A stretch of DNA of 32,000 bases, from positions 78 through 32,077 of the forward strand of contig CAMOZC010000003.1 of assembly GCA_946630785.1 (NCBI GenBank), in the 5' to 3' direction. Shown here in pieces: positions 1 through 8,080 of this stretch. The stretch's first letter is position 1. Every line of letters starts with the position of its first letter. The position numbers and the translations under genes were made by a program. A model generated the notes under the pieces. That model saw only the letters and a list, made by a program, of their open reading frames with translations, was not told where the DNA came from and ran no database searches. The DNA is from an uncultured Clostridia bacterium (lineage in GTDB: Bacteria > Bacillota > Clostridia > Christensenellales > UBA1242).

Positions 1-540
1 GAACAAGTTCCAGTTATGACCGTTGTAATTGGCGATACGTCAACTGATTTGGCGATTATTTTGGGTGAAAAAATTTTGTATAGTGGAATTCTTGATGTTG
101 GGGTTAATTCTTGCGTTGAAGCTATTATTGATTTAGTGGCACAAAAATTTCATGCTGAAATCAGTTATGAAACTGCGCAAGGCATTTTCCGTGATGTTGC
201 TTCGTTGTTGAAAAATGATACGCGCTACGTAAAATTTCCTGAGTTTATTTTAAAGGCTGAACAAGTCCGTGAAGTGATTTATCCACTCTATGCACAAATT
301 ATTGGTGCCATTAATCATTTGTTACCACAGGCCAGTGCAGACGTGATGCGTCAAATTCTCAGTACAGGTGTTTTATTTGGTGGTGCTGGCGCAAAGATTC
401 GCGGTTTGTCTGAAGCAGTTTATTGGAGTCTGCAATTACAAACAATGATTGCTAACGATGAAGAAAATGCCACGTTGCTTGGTGCTGGAGCGTTGCTGGA
501 AAATCCACAGTTGTTTCTAAACCTTACGCAAAACGCATAG
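1..540 (+). CDS. MreB/Mbl-like actin-family protein, C-terminal part (5' end outside window)
   Basis: Frame 1 is open from base 1 to TAG 538-540. VVIGDTSTDLAII resembles the MreB phosphate-2 segment (DIGGGTT[DE]xAVI), degenerate here. GVLFGGAGAKIRGLSE resembles MreB GIVLTGGGALLRGLD. An M50 protease follows, as in the Bacillus mre/spoIVF region. Confidence 0.5.
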   Translation, partial: EQVPVMTVVIGDTSTDLAIILGEKILYSGILDVGVNSCVEAIIDLVAQKFHAEISYETAQGIFRDVASLLKNDTRYVKFPEFILKAEQVREVIYPLYAQIIGAINHLLPQASADVMRQILSTGVLFGGAGAKIRGLSEAVYWSLQLQTMIANDEENATLLGAGALLENPQLFLNLTQNA

Positions 541-548
541 ATTTAGTT

Positions 549-1325
549 GTGCGTGTAATAATTCATCCGCTGTTTGTTTTGACAGCCGTGGTGGCGATTG
601 TATTCGCTACTACGGATTTTTTTATTGCTTTAACGGTTGCTGTCATTCTGCACGAATTTGCGCACGCTTTGGTCGCTAAGAGTCTTGGCGCTATCGCTAA
701 GCGAATTACGTTAACCCCGTTCGGTGGGGCGCTTAATTTGCAAACTAAGATTTTAACCGCACAACAAAAATGTTGGATTTATTTAGCAGGTCCAATCGCA
801 AGTCTATTGTTTAGTTTATTGTTTGGCGTCATGGTTTGGCTTTTCCCAGTTGTTTTTGTCTATCTTGAATATTTGGTGGTAGCCAATTTTCTTGTTGGTG
901 TGATTAATTTATTGCCGGTATATCCCTTGGACGGTGGCAAGGTTTTGGCGCAGTTGATTCCAGTGAAAATAATTTATCGGGCTTCTAATTTATGTTTTGT
1001 TGCAATGTTAGTTTTATCTTTGATTTGGTTTAATTGGTGGTGGATTTTCTTTTCGATTGTGATGTTGATGCAAATCAATTGGGATTTCAAACAATCAACC
1101 TATGCCGACAAGTTCTGTTATTGCGGTAAACAAAAGACTGGAAAATTCGTACGTTGCGCAGTCCTATCGACTTCTTCATTGTTGAGCATTTATAAAATGA
1201 TTGATAAGAAGCATCCCACCGAATTTGTGATAACAGATAAAAATAATCGCTTGTTTTATGAAAGTGATTTAGAAAAATGGTTGTTAAAATATTCAACAAC
1301 CACACAACTTATAGAATGTTTTTAA
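549..1325 (+). CDS. M50-family site-2 metalloprotease (SpoIVFB/RseP-like, no PDZ)
   Basis: HEFAH (HExxH) at aa 35-39 and NLLPVYPLDGG (NxxPxxxLDG) in a multi-TM hydrophobic protein. GTG start without a clear SD, so the start is uncertain. Confidence 0.75.
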   Translation: MRVIIHPLFVLTAVVAIVFATTDFFIALTVAVILHEFAHALVAKSLGAIAKRITLTPFGGALNLQTKILTAQQKCWIYLAGPIASLLFSLLFGVMVWLFPVVFVYLEYLVVANFLVGVINLLPVYPLDGGKVLAQLIPVKIIYRASNLCFVAMLVLSLIWFNWWWIFFSIVMLMQINWDFKQSTYADKFCYCGKQKTGKFVRCAVLSTSSLLSIYKMIDKKHPTEFVITDKNNRLFYESDLEKWLLKYSTTTQLIECF

Positions 1326-1331
1326 ATCAAT

Positions 1332-1407
1332 TGGTGGCGATGGCTGGAATCGAACCAGCGATACCCGGGGTATGAACTCGGTGCATTAGCCGCTGTGCTA
1401 CATCGCC
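1332..1407 (-). tRNA. tRNA-Met (anticodon CAU), elongator type; tRNA-Ile2 (lysidine) identity not excluded
   Basis: 76-nt cloverleaf read by hand. Acceptor GGCGATG/CATCGCC, D arm GCAC/ATGC, anticodon arm CCGAG-TTCATAC-CCCGG (one A:C mismatch), T arm GCTGG-TTCGATT-CCAGC, encoded CCA. The G1:C72 pair argues against an initiator. Confidence 0.85.
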
Positions 1408-1415
1408 GTATAGAT

Positions 1416-1444
1416 ACTATAACAAACTTCTGAGAATAACGCAA
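1416..1444 (-). promoter_or_regulatory. SigA-type promoter of tRNA-Met: TTGCGT-17-(TGt)TATAGT
   Basis: Minus strand reads TTGCGT tattctcagaagtttgt TATAGT atctatac, followed directly by the tRNA 5' end. Extended -10 TGn is present. Only 8 nt separate the -10 from the mature 5' end. Confidence 0.5.
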
Positions 1445-1500
1445 GATATTTATGGTTGCTTTTTTTGCATGGATGTTGTATGCTTGCAATGTATCTTTTT

Positions 1501-1523
1501 CCTGCAGTCATAAATGCTGCAGG
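1501..1523 (+). other. 7-bp perfect hairpin (CCTGCAG-tcataaatg-CTGCAGG) in the rpsF 5' region
   Basis: Inverted repeat seen directly, 28 nt upstream of the rpsF ATG. No U-tract follows, so it is not a terminator. Function unknown. Confidence 0.3.
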
Positions 1524-1550
1524 CGTTAGACCATAAAAGGAGGTAAAAAC

Positions 1551-1928
1551 ATGGAAAACAAGAAATCGTACGAATGTATGATTGTTGTGGACGCTAAATT
1601 AACCGAAGCAAAACGCGAAGAGTTAATTGCTAAGTTTAAAAAAATGGCAGGTGAACAAACAACCGTAGAAAAGTTAGGCCAAAAGAAATATGGTTTTTAT
1701 TACTTGTTGAATTTCAGCGCTACTCCAGATGTTCCAGCTAAAATGACCGCTTTGATGAACATTACCGAAGGTATTGATCGTCATTTGTTCATTGCTAAGA
1801 CAGATGTTATGTTGGCGCAAGATGTGATCCGCAAACAAAATCGTGCTAAAGCACGCGAAGAATACTTGGCTAAGAAAGAAAAAGAAATGCGTGAAAAAGA
1901 ATCCAAAGAAGTAAAAGAAGGAGAATAA
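1551..1928 (+). CDS. rpsF: 30S ribosomal protein S6 (divergent, K/E-rich C-terminal tail)
   Basis: Strong SD AAAGGAGG. rpsF-ssb-rpsR synteny. YECMIVV...GFYYLLNF...IDRHLF matches the S6 pattern YE.m.i....G.Y....f...v.R. Confidence 0.8.
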   Translation: MENKKSYECMIVVDAKLTEAKREELIAKFKKMAGEQTTVEKLGQKKYGFYYLLNFSATPDVPAKMTALMNITEGIDRHLFIAKTDVMLAQDVIRKQNRAKAREEYLAKKEKEMREKESKEVKEGE

Positions 1929-1934
1929 TTTACT

Positions 1935-2327
1935 ATGAATAAAGTATTTTTAGTAGGAAATTTAACTCGTGATCCAGAATTATCAACTGTTGGTGCGAAC
2001 AGTACCAGCGTATGTCGTTTCGGAATTGCTGTTAACCGTCGTATGAGTGGTGGAAATCAAGAAACTGATTTTTACAACATTTCAGTATGGCGTGCTTTGG
2101 GTGAAAATTGTGCCAAGTTCATTAAGAAAGGTAGCAAGGTCGCAATTTGTGGTGATATCCAAATCCGTAATTACGAAGACAAAGAAGGTAACAAACGTAC
2201 TTCAGTTGAAGTTACTGCTACTGACGTTGAATTCTTAGACCGTAAGGGTGATAACCCAAGTAGTTCATACGATCAAACTAATAACGTTGAAGTTAAACCT
2301 GTTAGTGATGATTCGTTGCCATTTTAA
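1935..2327 (+). CDS. ssb: single-stranded DNA-binding protein
   Basis: [18 protein letters not shown]-fold N-terminus, acidic C-terminal tip DDSLPF, location between rpsF and rpsR. Confidence 0.9.
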   Translation: MNKVFLVGNLTRDPELSTVGANSTSVCRFGIAVNRRMSGGNQETDFYNISVWRALGENCAKFIKKGSKVAICGDIQIRNYEDKEGNKRTSVEVTATDVEFLDRKGDNPSSSYDQTNNVEVKPVSDDSLPF

Positions 2328-2341
2328 TTAAAGGAGGAAAT

Positions 2342-2662
2342 ATGGGAGAAAATTTATCGACACGTGAAGTTATTGAAGAATTAAGTCGTCAAGAAAATAA
2401 AGCTAAGAGAAATGCAGCTGAAAATTCTGAAGACCGTAAAGAAAAACGTGCACCACGTCAAAGACGTCGTGTTTGCCCATTCTGTATGGAAAAAGACGAA
2501 GCAAAACGTCCGTTGTATATTGATTACAAGGATCCACGCTTGAAGAAATATGTTTCTGAAGGCGGAAAGATTTTCCCACGCCGCCAAACTGGTTTGTGTG
2601 CCGCTCATCAACGTGAATTGGCACGTGCCGTTAAGGTTGCGAAAAGCATGGGCTTGTTGTAA
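2342..2662 (+). CDS. rpsR: 30S ribosomal protein S18 (with about 40-aa charged N-terminal extension)
   Basis: [58 protein letters not shown] matches the S18 core. Confidence 0.9.
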   Translation: MGENLSTREVIEELSRQENKAKRNAAENSEDRKEKRAPRQRRRVCPFCMEKDEAKRPLYIDYKDPRLKKYVSEGGKIFPRRQTGLCAAHQRELARAVKVAKSMGLL

Positions 2663-2689
2663 TTAACTTTACAATTAAATAACAGTCTT

Positions 2690-2728
2690 AAAAAATAACG
2701 CATATATAAATTCGTGCGTTATTTTTTT
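2690..2728 (+). terminator. Rho-independent terminator-like hairpin after rpsR, overlapping the murC start codon
   Basis: AAAAAATAACGCA (2690-2702) is the perfect reverse complement of TGCGTTATTTTTT (2715-2727). 12-nt loop, followed by a T run. Only a 6-bp GC-containing core. Confidence 0.45.
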
Positions 2729-4051
2729 GTTGGTATTGGCGGAGTTTCTATGTCGGCTTTAGCTAAATTGTTGTTGGCACAAGGCAAAGCTGTGGCTGGT
2801 AGTGACATCGTTGAATCCGTGAATACGCAAGAATTATCTTCGCTTGGAGTTCCAGTATATATCGGACATTCGGCGGACAATCTGCAAAAACAACATGTTG
2901 ATTATTTGGTTATTAATGGTGCGATTGCGGATGATAATCCAGAACTTTTATCTGCAAAAAAACAGGGCATCAGAGTTATTTATCGTGAAACTTTGTTGGC
3001 GCAAATTACGTGTCGTTACCAGTCAGTGATTGCGGTTGCGGGATGTCACGGTAAAAGTTCAACCACGGCTATGATTGGTGCTATATTTAAACAGGGTAAA
3101 CGCCAACCAACTGTTCACGTTGGTGCACAAAATAATTTACAGATTGGTGGGCGAGAATGGTTTATTACCGAGGCATGTGAATTTAGAAAAAGTTTTTTAA
3201 AACTTAAACCGCACATTGCAGTGATTACCAATGTTGATGCTGATCATTTGGATTGTTATAAGAATCTAGACGAAATCAAACACTGCTTTGAAAAGTTTGC
3301 CAGTCAAAGTGAGATTGTAATTAAAAATGCCAGTGATGTAAATAGCACGACTTTGCGTGGTAGACAACGTACGGTAACGTTTGGGCTTGACTGTGGTGAT
3401 GTTCATGCAAAAAATTTACAGTCATTATGCAGTGGTGGTTATAGTTTTGAAATCGTAATTAATCCCAAGATTTTTGGTATTATTTATCAATTACCGCGTT
3501 TCTATCTTCATGTGCCAGGATTACATAACGTTGTAAACGCTTTGGCTGCCATTACATGCGCTTTAGTGTGTCAAATTGAGTTAGTTGCAACCGGAATAGC
3601 GCTTGCCCAGTATAACGGTATTGCACGCCGATTCCAGCGTTTTGCAACGATTGGTAACACACCTGTGATTTTGGATTATGCCCATCACCCACGTGAGATT
3701 TTGACAACGATTCAGACAGCTGAAAAAATGTATCGGAAGTACTTATTGATTTTTCAGCCACATACTTATACGCGGACAATGTCGCTGTGGAATGATTTTA
3801 TTAAAGTGCTTGCAACAGTACCACATTTGGTGATTTATAAAACGTTTGCTGCACGTGGTAAAACAATTATTGGTGGACGTGGATTGGATTTGAGTAAGCG
3901 ATTGAAGGTTAAATATCTAGCGACCGTTCAGTCTTTATCGCAATACCTAAAAGATAAGGCAGGACAGTATGATGCCATCGTCTTATGCGGAGCTGGTGAT
4001 GTAGTTAGTGGCGAATTTTTGCGAAGAAGTACTTTTGCGACAATTGATTGA
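2714..4051 (+). CDS. murC: UDP-N-acetylmuramate--L-alanine ligase
   Basis: [13 protein letters not shown] (N-terminal GxGxxG), [15 protein letters not shown] (Mur ligase P-loop), LDYAHHP. GTG start is the first canonical start after the in-frame TAA at 2696. Confidence 0.9.
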   Translation: MRYFFVGIGGVSMSALAKLLLAQGKAVAGSDIVESVNTQELSSLGVPVYIGHSADNLQKQHVDYLVINGAIADDNPELLSAKKQGIRVIYRETLLAQITCRYQSVIAVAGCHGKSSTTAMIGAIFKQGKRQPTVHVGAQNNLQIGGREWFITEACEFRKSFLKLKPHIAVITNVDADHLDCYKNLDEIKHCFEKFASQSEIVIKNASDVNSTTLRGRQRTVTFGLDCGDVHAKNLQSLCSGGYSFEIVINPKIFGIIYQLPRFYLHVPGLHNVVNALAAITCALVCQIELVATGIALAQYNGIARRFQRFATIGNTPVILDYAHHPREILTTIQTAEKMYRKYLLIFQPHTYTRTMSLWNDFIKVLATVPHLVIYKTFAARGKTIIGGRGLDLSKRLKVKYLATVQSLSQYLKDKAGQYDAIVLCGAGDVVSGEFLRRSTFATID

Positions 4052-4076
4052 CAAGTTTTATTAGTCATGATATTAT
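4048..4076 (+). promoter_or_regulatory. SigA-type promoter of rpmE: TTGACA-17-(TGa)TATTAT
   Basis: TTGACA 4048-4053, 17-nt spacer ending TGa, TATTAT 4071-4076, then aaacgtt (7 nt) and ATG 4084. No SD. Overlaps the murC stop codon. Confidence 0.65.
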
Positions 4077-4083
4077 AAACGTT

Positions 4084-4293
4084 ATGAAAGAAAATATCCA
4101 TCCAAATTATCATGAAGCAGAATTCGAATGTGCTTGCGGTAACAAATTTACTTGCGGTACTACTAAAGAAGGTGACGTTGTAAAAATTGATATTTGTTCA
4201 AAATGTCACCCATTTTATACTGGTAAACAAAAGATTGTTGATACCGCTGGTCGTGTCGATAAATTTAATAAACGTTACGCTAAAACAAAATGA
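4084..4293 (+). CDS. rpmE: 50S ribosomal protein L31 (Zn-ribbon type)
   Basis: [11 protein letters not shown]...CACG...[13 protein letters not shown] is the canonical L31 N-terminus and Cys motifs. The longer TTG-4048 ORF in the track is rejected because that TTG is the -35 box. Confidence 0.9.
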   Translation: MKENIHPNYHEAEFECACGNKFTCGTTKEGDVVKIDICSKCHPFYTGKQKIVDTAGRVDKFNKRYAKTK

Positions 4294-5132
4294 AATTAGC
4301 AGAATTAATTGCGCAAACTGGAGAGCATGAAGCAGTCATCCAGGTTTTGTGTCATCTGTTAGAAGCTGAACGGACTAATGTTTTTTTAGTAAAAGATTTT
4401 AGCGATTCTGTTGTTAAGAAAACGATTGAAATTATTAATGAATATAAAAAAGGTATTCCTTTAGCGTATTTGCTGGGGAATACTTATTTTTATAATCGCA
4501 AGTTTATTGTTACACCAGATGTGTTGGTACCACGTCATGATACAGAAGTTCTGGTTGAATTAGCCGAAAAAAAAATTATTGCTGATTCATTAATAGGTAA
4601 TGAAAATTCACCATATCGCATTTTAGATTTGTGTTGCGGTTCTGGCGTTATTGGGATTTCTTTAACTTATTTATGTAACTGGTTACATGAACGTCACCAT
4701 GATTTAACTTATGAAGTGGTTAGTGCTGATTGTAGTGCAGCAGCTTTGGAAGTGGCAACGAAAAATGCTGCGTTGCATAATGCTGATATTACTTTTGTTT
4801 TAAGCAATTTATTTGAAGATGTTCATGGTAAGTTTGATTTGATTGTTTGTAATCCGCCATATGTTCGTACGGAAGATATTGGCGTAGAGGATAAATGGGT
4901 TTTAAAAGAACCGCGCATTGCCTTAGATGGGGGTATTGATGGTTTGTATTTTTACCGGCGCATTTTAGCAACAGCCAAAGAGCATTTGCGTACTAATGGT
5001 ATGATTATTTTTGAAATTGGTTATGACCAGGCAAGTGCACTGGAACAAATTGCACAGAAAAATGGTTACCATGGTGTTAGGGTTTATAAAGATTTGGCAA
5101 ATCGCGACAGAGTCGTTACAATAAGGGTATAA
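4290..5132 (+). CDS. prmC: release-factor glutamine N5-methyltransferase
   Basis: NPPY motif (VCNPPYV), GIPLAYLLG...[16 protein letters not shown]-binding [12 protein letters not shown] overlap with rpmE, adjacent to prfA. Confidence 0.9.
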   Translation: MKLAELIAQTGEHEAVIQVLCHLLEAERTNVFLVKDFSDSVVKKTIEIINEYKKGIPLAYLLGNTYFYNRKFIVTPDVLVPRHDTEVLVELAEKKIIADSLIGNENSPYRILDLCCGSGVIGISLTYLCNWLHERHHDLTYEVVSADCSAAALEVATKNAALHNADITFVLSNLFEDVHGKFDLIVCNPPYVRTEDIGVEDKWVLKEPRIALDGGIDGLYFYRRILATAKEHLRTNGMIIFEIGYDQASALEQIAQKNGYHGVRVYKDLANRDRVVTIRV

Positions 5133-6175
5133 TGTTTGAAGAAGTAAGTAGTTTGGAAAATAAATATGTGCAACTGTTAGAGCAATTAACTTTACCAGAA
5201 GTCTTTAATGACTTTGCGCGTTATTCACAAATTTCCAAAGAAGCCGCTAAGTTAGCTCCTACTGTGGAAGCTTATCGTAAATACCAAAAATTAGTGAATG
5301 ATATTGCTTTAGCGCAAGAAATTACCGACCCTGAATTAGCGGAACTAGCAAAAGCAGAAATTGCTGAGAATCAGGTTTTATTGGAACAAACTGAACAGGA
5401 ATTAAGAGTTTTGTTGACACCGAAGGATGAGCGTGATGACGCCAACGTTATTATTGAAATTCGTCCTGCAGCTGGCGGTGATGAGGCTTGCTTGTTTGCA
5501 GCGGTATTATTGCGGATGTACACGCTTTATGCGACTGCTAATAACTTTGCTGTAGAAATCACTGATATTGAAGAGAATGGAATTGGTGGCGTTAAAAACG
5601 TAACCTTTATGGTTAAAGGTGAAGGTGCTTATTCAAAGTTTAAATATGAAAGTGGTGTGCATCGTGTACAACGTGTACCAGAAACTGAATCTCAAGGGCG
5701 CATTCATACGTCTACCGCAACAGTAGCAGTTTTGCCTGAAGCCACAACCGTTGATTTTCAAATTGATGAAAAAGATTTACGTATTGATGTGTACCGTGCT
5801 TCTGGTGCTGGTGGACAACATATTAACAAAACTGAAAGTGCGATTCGGATTACACACTTGCCGACCAATATGGTGGTAACTTGTCAAGATGGTCGCAGTC
5901 AACTTGCAAATCGCGAAAAGGCTATGACGGTTTTGGTGTCTAAATTGGCGCATTATTATCAAAGTTTGGAAGATGAGAAATATGCTTCAACGCGTCATGC
6001 TCAAGTTGGTACAGGTGACCGTAGTGAACGCATCCGTACTTATAACTATCCACAGGGTCGTGTTACCGACCATCGTATTAATCGCACAGAATATAATCTC
6101 ACCAAGTTTGTTGATGGTGAGATTACAGATATGGTTGATGCTTTACGCATGGCGGAATTAAAACAACAGAGTTAA
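5132..6175 (+). CDS. prfA: peptide chain release factor 1
   Basis: GGQ motif (SGAGGQHINKTESAIRITH), RF1-type PxT tripeptide region (RVPETESQGRIHTS). Confidence 0.95.
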   Translation: MFEEVSSLENKYVQLLEQLTLPEVFNDFARYSQISKEAAKLAPTVEAYRKYQKLVNDIALAQEITDPELAELAKAEIAENQVLLEQTEQELRVLLTPKDERDDANVIIEIRPAAGGDEACLFAAVLLRMYTLYATANNFAVEITDIEENGIGGVKNVTFMVKGEGAYSKFKYESGVHRVQRVPETESQGRIHTSTATVAVLPEATTVDFQIDEKDLRIDVYRASGAGGQHINKTESAIRITHLPTNMVVTCQDGRSQLANREKAMTVLVSKLAHYYQSLEDEKYASTRHAQVGTGDRSERIRTYNYPQGRVTDHRINRTEYNLTKFVDGEITDMVDALRMAELKQQS

Positions 6176-6648
6176 ATTTTCTTGGCAATTTCTTCTTCAA
6201 AGTTTTTGATAAAGTCAACAAAGGTTGAAACATCTTTAAATTGACGATAAACAGCAGCAAAGCGGATGTAGGCAACTTCGTCAATCTTTTTTAATTCTTC
6301 CATGACCATGTCACCGATGACGCTGCTGGCAATTTCTTGTTGGTCACCAATAACAGCATTAGCAATTTGCATTTCAATACTTTCGACAATGTTATCAATT
6401 TGCTTCATTGAAACCGGACGTTTGCCAGTAGCAGCAATAATACTGTTTTTGATTTTTTGTGAATCAAATGATTGACGGCTGCCGTCGCGTTTAATGACTA
6501 ACAGTGAAACACGTTCAATGGTTTCGTAACTGGTAAAACGTTTACCACATTTTAAACATTCGCGACGACGGCGAATTGAATTTGAATTATCATTGGTACG
6601 GCTGTCGACAACCTTATTATCGTGTGAACCGCAATTTGGACATCTCAT
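6172..6648 (-). CDS. nrdR: transcriptional repressor NrdR
   Basis: MRCPNCGSHDNKVVDSR zinc ribbon plus ATP-cone. SD AAAGGAG 8 nt upstream. Confidence 0.95.
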   Translation of the reverse strand: MRCPNCGSHDNKVVDSRTNDNSNSIRRRRECLKCGKRFTSYETIERVSLLVIKRDGSRQSFDSQKIKNSIIAATGKRPVSMKQIDNIVESIEMQIANAVIGDQQEIASSVIGDMVMEELKKIDEVAYIRFAAVYRQFKDVSTFVDFIKNFEEEIAKKI

Positions 6649-6689
6649 GATTTTATGCTCCTTTGTTCTTTAAGATTTCTAATTATAGT

Positions 6690-7319
6690 TTAACATTTAC
6701 TGTCTTCATATGACAAGCAACATTTTAAACGTCCACAAATACCGTTAATTTTTTCCGGTGTTAGCGATAAGTTTTGTTGTTTTGCCATTTTGATGGAAAC
6801 ATCAGGGTAGTTATGACAAAATCTTTTGCAACAGCATTCTTGTCCACAAGGTCCCAATGCACCAATGGCCTTAACTTCGTCACGGGCACCAATTTGGTGT
6901 AATTCAATGCGTGTGTGCAGGGCACTGGCTAAATTACGAACTAACTCGCGGAAATCAACGCGTTGTTCAGCAGAGAAGTCAATAACGACTTTGCTGGCAT
7001 CAAAAGTGTAGTGTGCTGACATAACGTGCATATCTAGTTTTAATTGTTCGGCCATCGTGGTGGCTTTTTCTTTGGCAAATTCAGCTGACTTTAATAGCAG
7101 GTTAATTTGGCTTTGGTCTTTTGGTGTCGCACGACGGAAAATTTGTGCGTGATTGGGTTCATGCTTTTTCTTGTCCACACCCTCATCCGCGACCACGCCC
7201 CATTCAGAGCCGGTAGCTGTTTCCACAATGACATATTCATTCGGTTTTAAATCCGTAATGTCACTATCAAATTTAGTAGTTTGCGTTTCGTTAAAAACTC
7301 GGACATGATATGTTTTCAT
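6690..7319 (-). CDS. ricT: PSP1-domain protein (RicT/YaaT family)
   Basis: C-terminal Cys cluster GPCGQECCCKRF...VSIKMAKQQNLSLTPEKINGICGRLKCCLSYE is typical of YaaT/PSP1. Confidence 0.85.
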   Translation of the reverse strand: MKTYHVRVFNETQTTKFDSDITDLKPNEYVIVETATGSEWGVVADEGVDKKKHEPNHAQIFRRATPKDQSQINLLLKSAEFAKEKATTMAEQLKLDMHVMSAHYTFDASKVVIDFSAEQRVDFRELVRNLASALHTRIELHQIGARDEVKAIGALGPCGQECCCKRFCHNYPDVSIKMAKQQNLSLTPEKINGICGRLKCCLSYEDSKC

Positions 7320-7327
7320 ATAAATAA

Positions 7328-7356
7328 ATTATAACACTGCGTTGTATTCTATGCAA
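7328..7356 (-). promoter_or_regulatory. SigA-type promoter of ricT/yaaT: TTGCAT-17-(TGt)TATAAT
   Basis: Minus strand: TTGCAT (7356-7351), 17-nt spacer ending TGt, TATAAT (7333-7328), ttatttat (8 nt), ATG (7319-7317). No SD. Lies in the last codons and stop of the upstream ORF. Confidence 0.65.
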
Positions 7357-8000
7357 ATGCAGTTTGGAAAAAAAATTTCAATCTGTTCAATAATGTCATG
7401 AGATAAATTGGTATCGGCATGTATAAAAATTTGTTTAGGTGCCACATCGATTAAGGCGTTGATAATATTGTCTTCGCATTGTTTTAGCGGTTGTAATTTT
7501 TGGTCACAAATTGTTGTATGATTATTGATATTCATTACATGAACTTCAGCAATGCGATAGTCCATGTTTAAGATTAAAAAACGTAATAATTCGTTAAATA
7601 AAACTTTTTGGGTTAGTTGTAGGTGATTTTCATTAACTAACTGAATCACTTCATCCCAACGGCATTTTAAGCGATATAGTGCGAAATCATATAAAGAATC
7701 CAATAGAATTCGTGGCGTTAATTGAAATATTGAATTGGCAATAACCGTATCAGATTTCTTGTCATAATTCACTAAAACTTTAATGAGAGTGTCGTTTTTG
7801 ATATAGAGCCTGTCCCATAAATATTTTGCTTTCATCACTGTTACAATTTGATTGGTGATGCAATCCAATAATTGGTATTGGTTAATGTTCTGTTTTAAGT
7901 TTAAAACGTAACGGTGATGGTTACATTTAATTTGTCCGTTGAATTTTTGTGCTAGATGTTTAAGACTAGAGATAAAGCGTTCATCAGTAGAAATTTCCAT
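7329..8000 (-). CDS. hypothetical protein, possibly YtxC-like
   Basis: 223-aa ORF. Weak by-eye resemblance of DFALYRLKCRWDEVIQLV...FNELLRFLI to the YtxC-family pattern. ytxC neighbours thrS in B. subtilis. No motif-level proof. Confidence 0.35.
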   Translation of the reverse strand: MEISTDERFISSLKHLAQKFNGQIKCNHHRYVLNLKQNINQYQLLDCITNQIVTVMKAKYLWDRLYIKNDTLIKVLVNYDKKSDTVIANSIFQLTPRILLDSLYDFALYRLKCRWDEVIQLVNENHLQLTQKVLFNELLRFLILNMDYRIAEVHVMNINNHTTICDQKLQPLKQCEDNIINALIDVAPKQIFIHADTNLSHDIIEQIEIFFPNCICIEYNAVL

Positions 8001-8045
8001 ATTTTTAGTTTATGTCATTGGTGCAAATTTAATTATTTTTGCTAT

Positions 8046-8073
8046 TTGATTTATTTTGAAAGCGTGATATAAT
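8046..8073 (+). promoter_or_regulatory. SigA-type promoter of thrS: TTGATT-16-(TGa)TATAAT
   Basis: TTGATT 8046-8051, TGa 8065-8067, TATAAT 8068-8073, gaaagtt (7 nt), ATG 8081. The longer-ORF ATG at 8072 lies inside the -10 hexamer. Confidence 0.55.
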
Positions 8074-8080
8074 GAAAGTT

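Noticed and set aside
511-551. Leaderless-type promoter for the M50 protease gene (TAGATT-5 nt-GTG 549)
   Set aside because: The hexamer and candidate -35 (TTCTAA) are weak. The gene starts 8 nt after the mreB-like stop and is more simply co-transcribed.
1445-1550. Known S6:S18-binding rpsF leader motif and an rpsF promoter
   Set aside because: A hairpin exists (1501-1523), but I cannot see the conserved bulged motif or a convincing -35/-10 pair. It is reported only as an unexplained hairpin.
4048-4083. TTG-initiated 81-aa version of rpmE
   Set aside because: L31 proteins start at MK(E/K)xIHP. The TTG is the first three bases of a TTGACA -35 box overlapping the murC stop.
8001-8040. Leaderless-type promoter for the 7329-8000 ORF (TGaCATAAA-8 nt-ATG on minus strand)
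   Set aside because: The -10 lacks the conserved final T and no acceptable -35 is present at 16-18 nt. Too weak to count with the strong cases.
8001-8071. T-box riboswitch upstream of thrS (also checked for ileS at 30910-30952)
   Set aside because: The intergenic regions are 71 and 43 nt, far too short for a T-box leader, and no specifier/antiterminator-like structure is visible.
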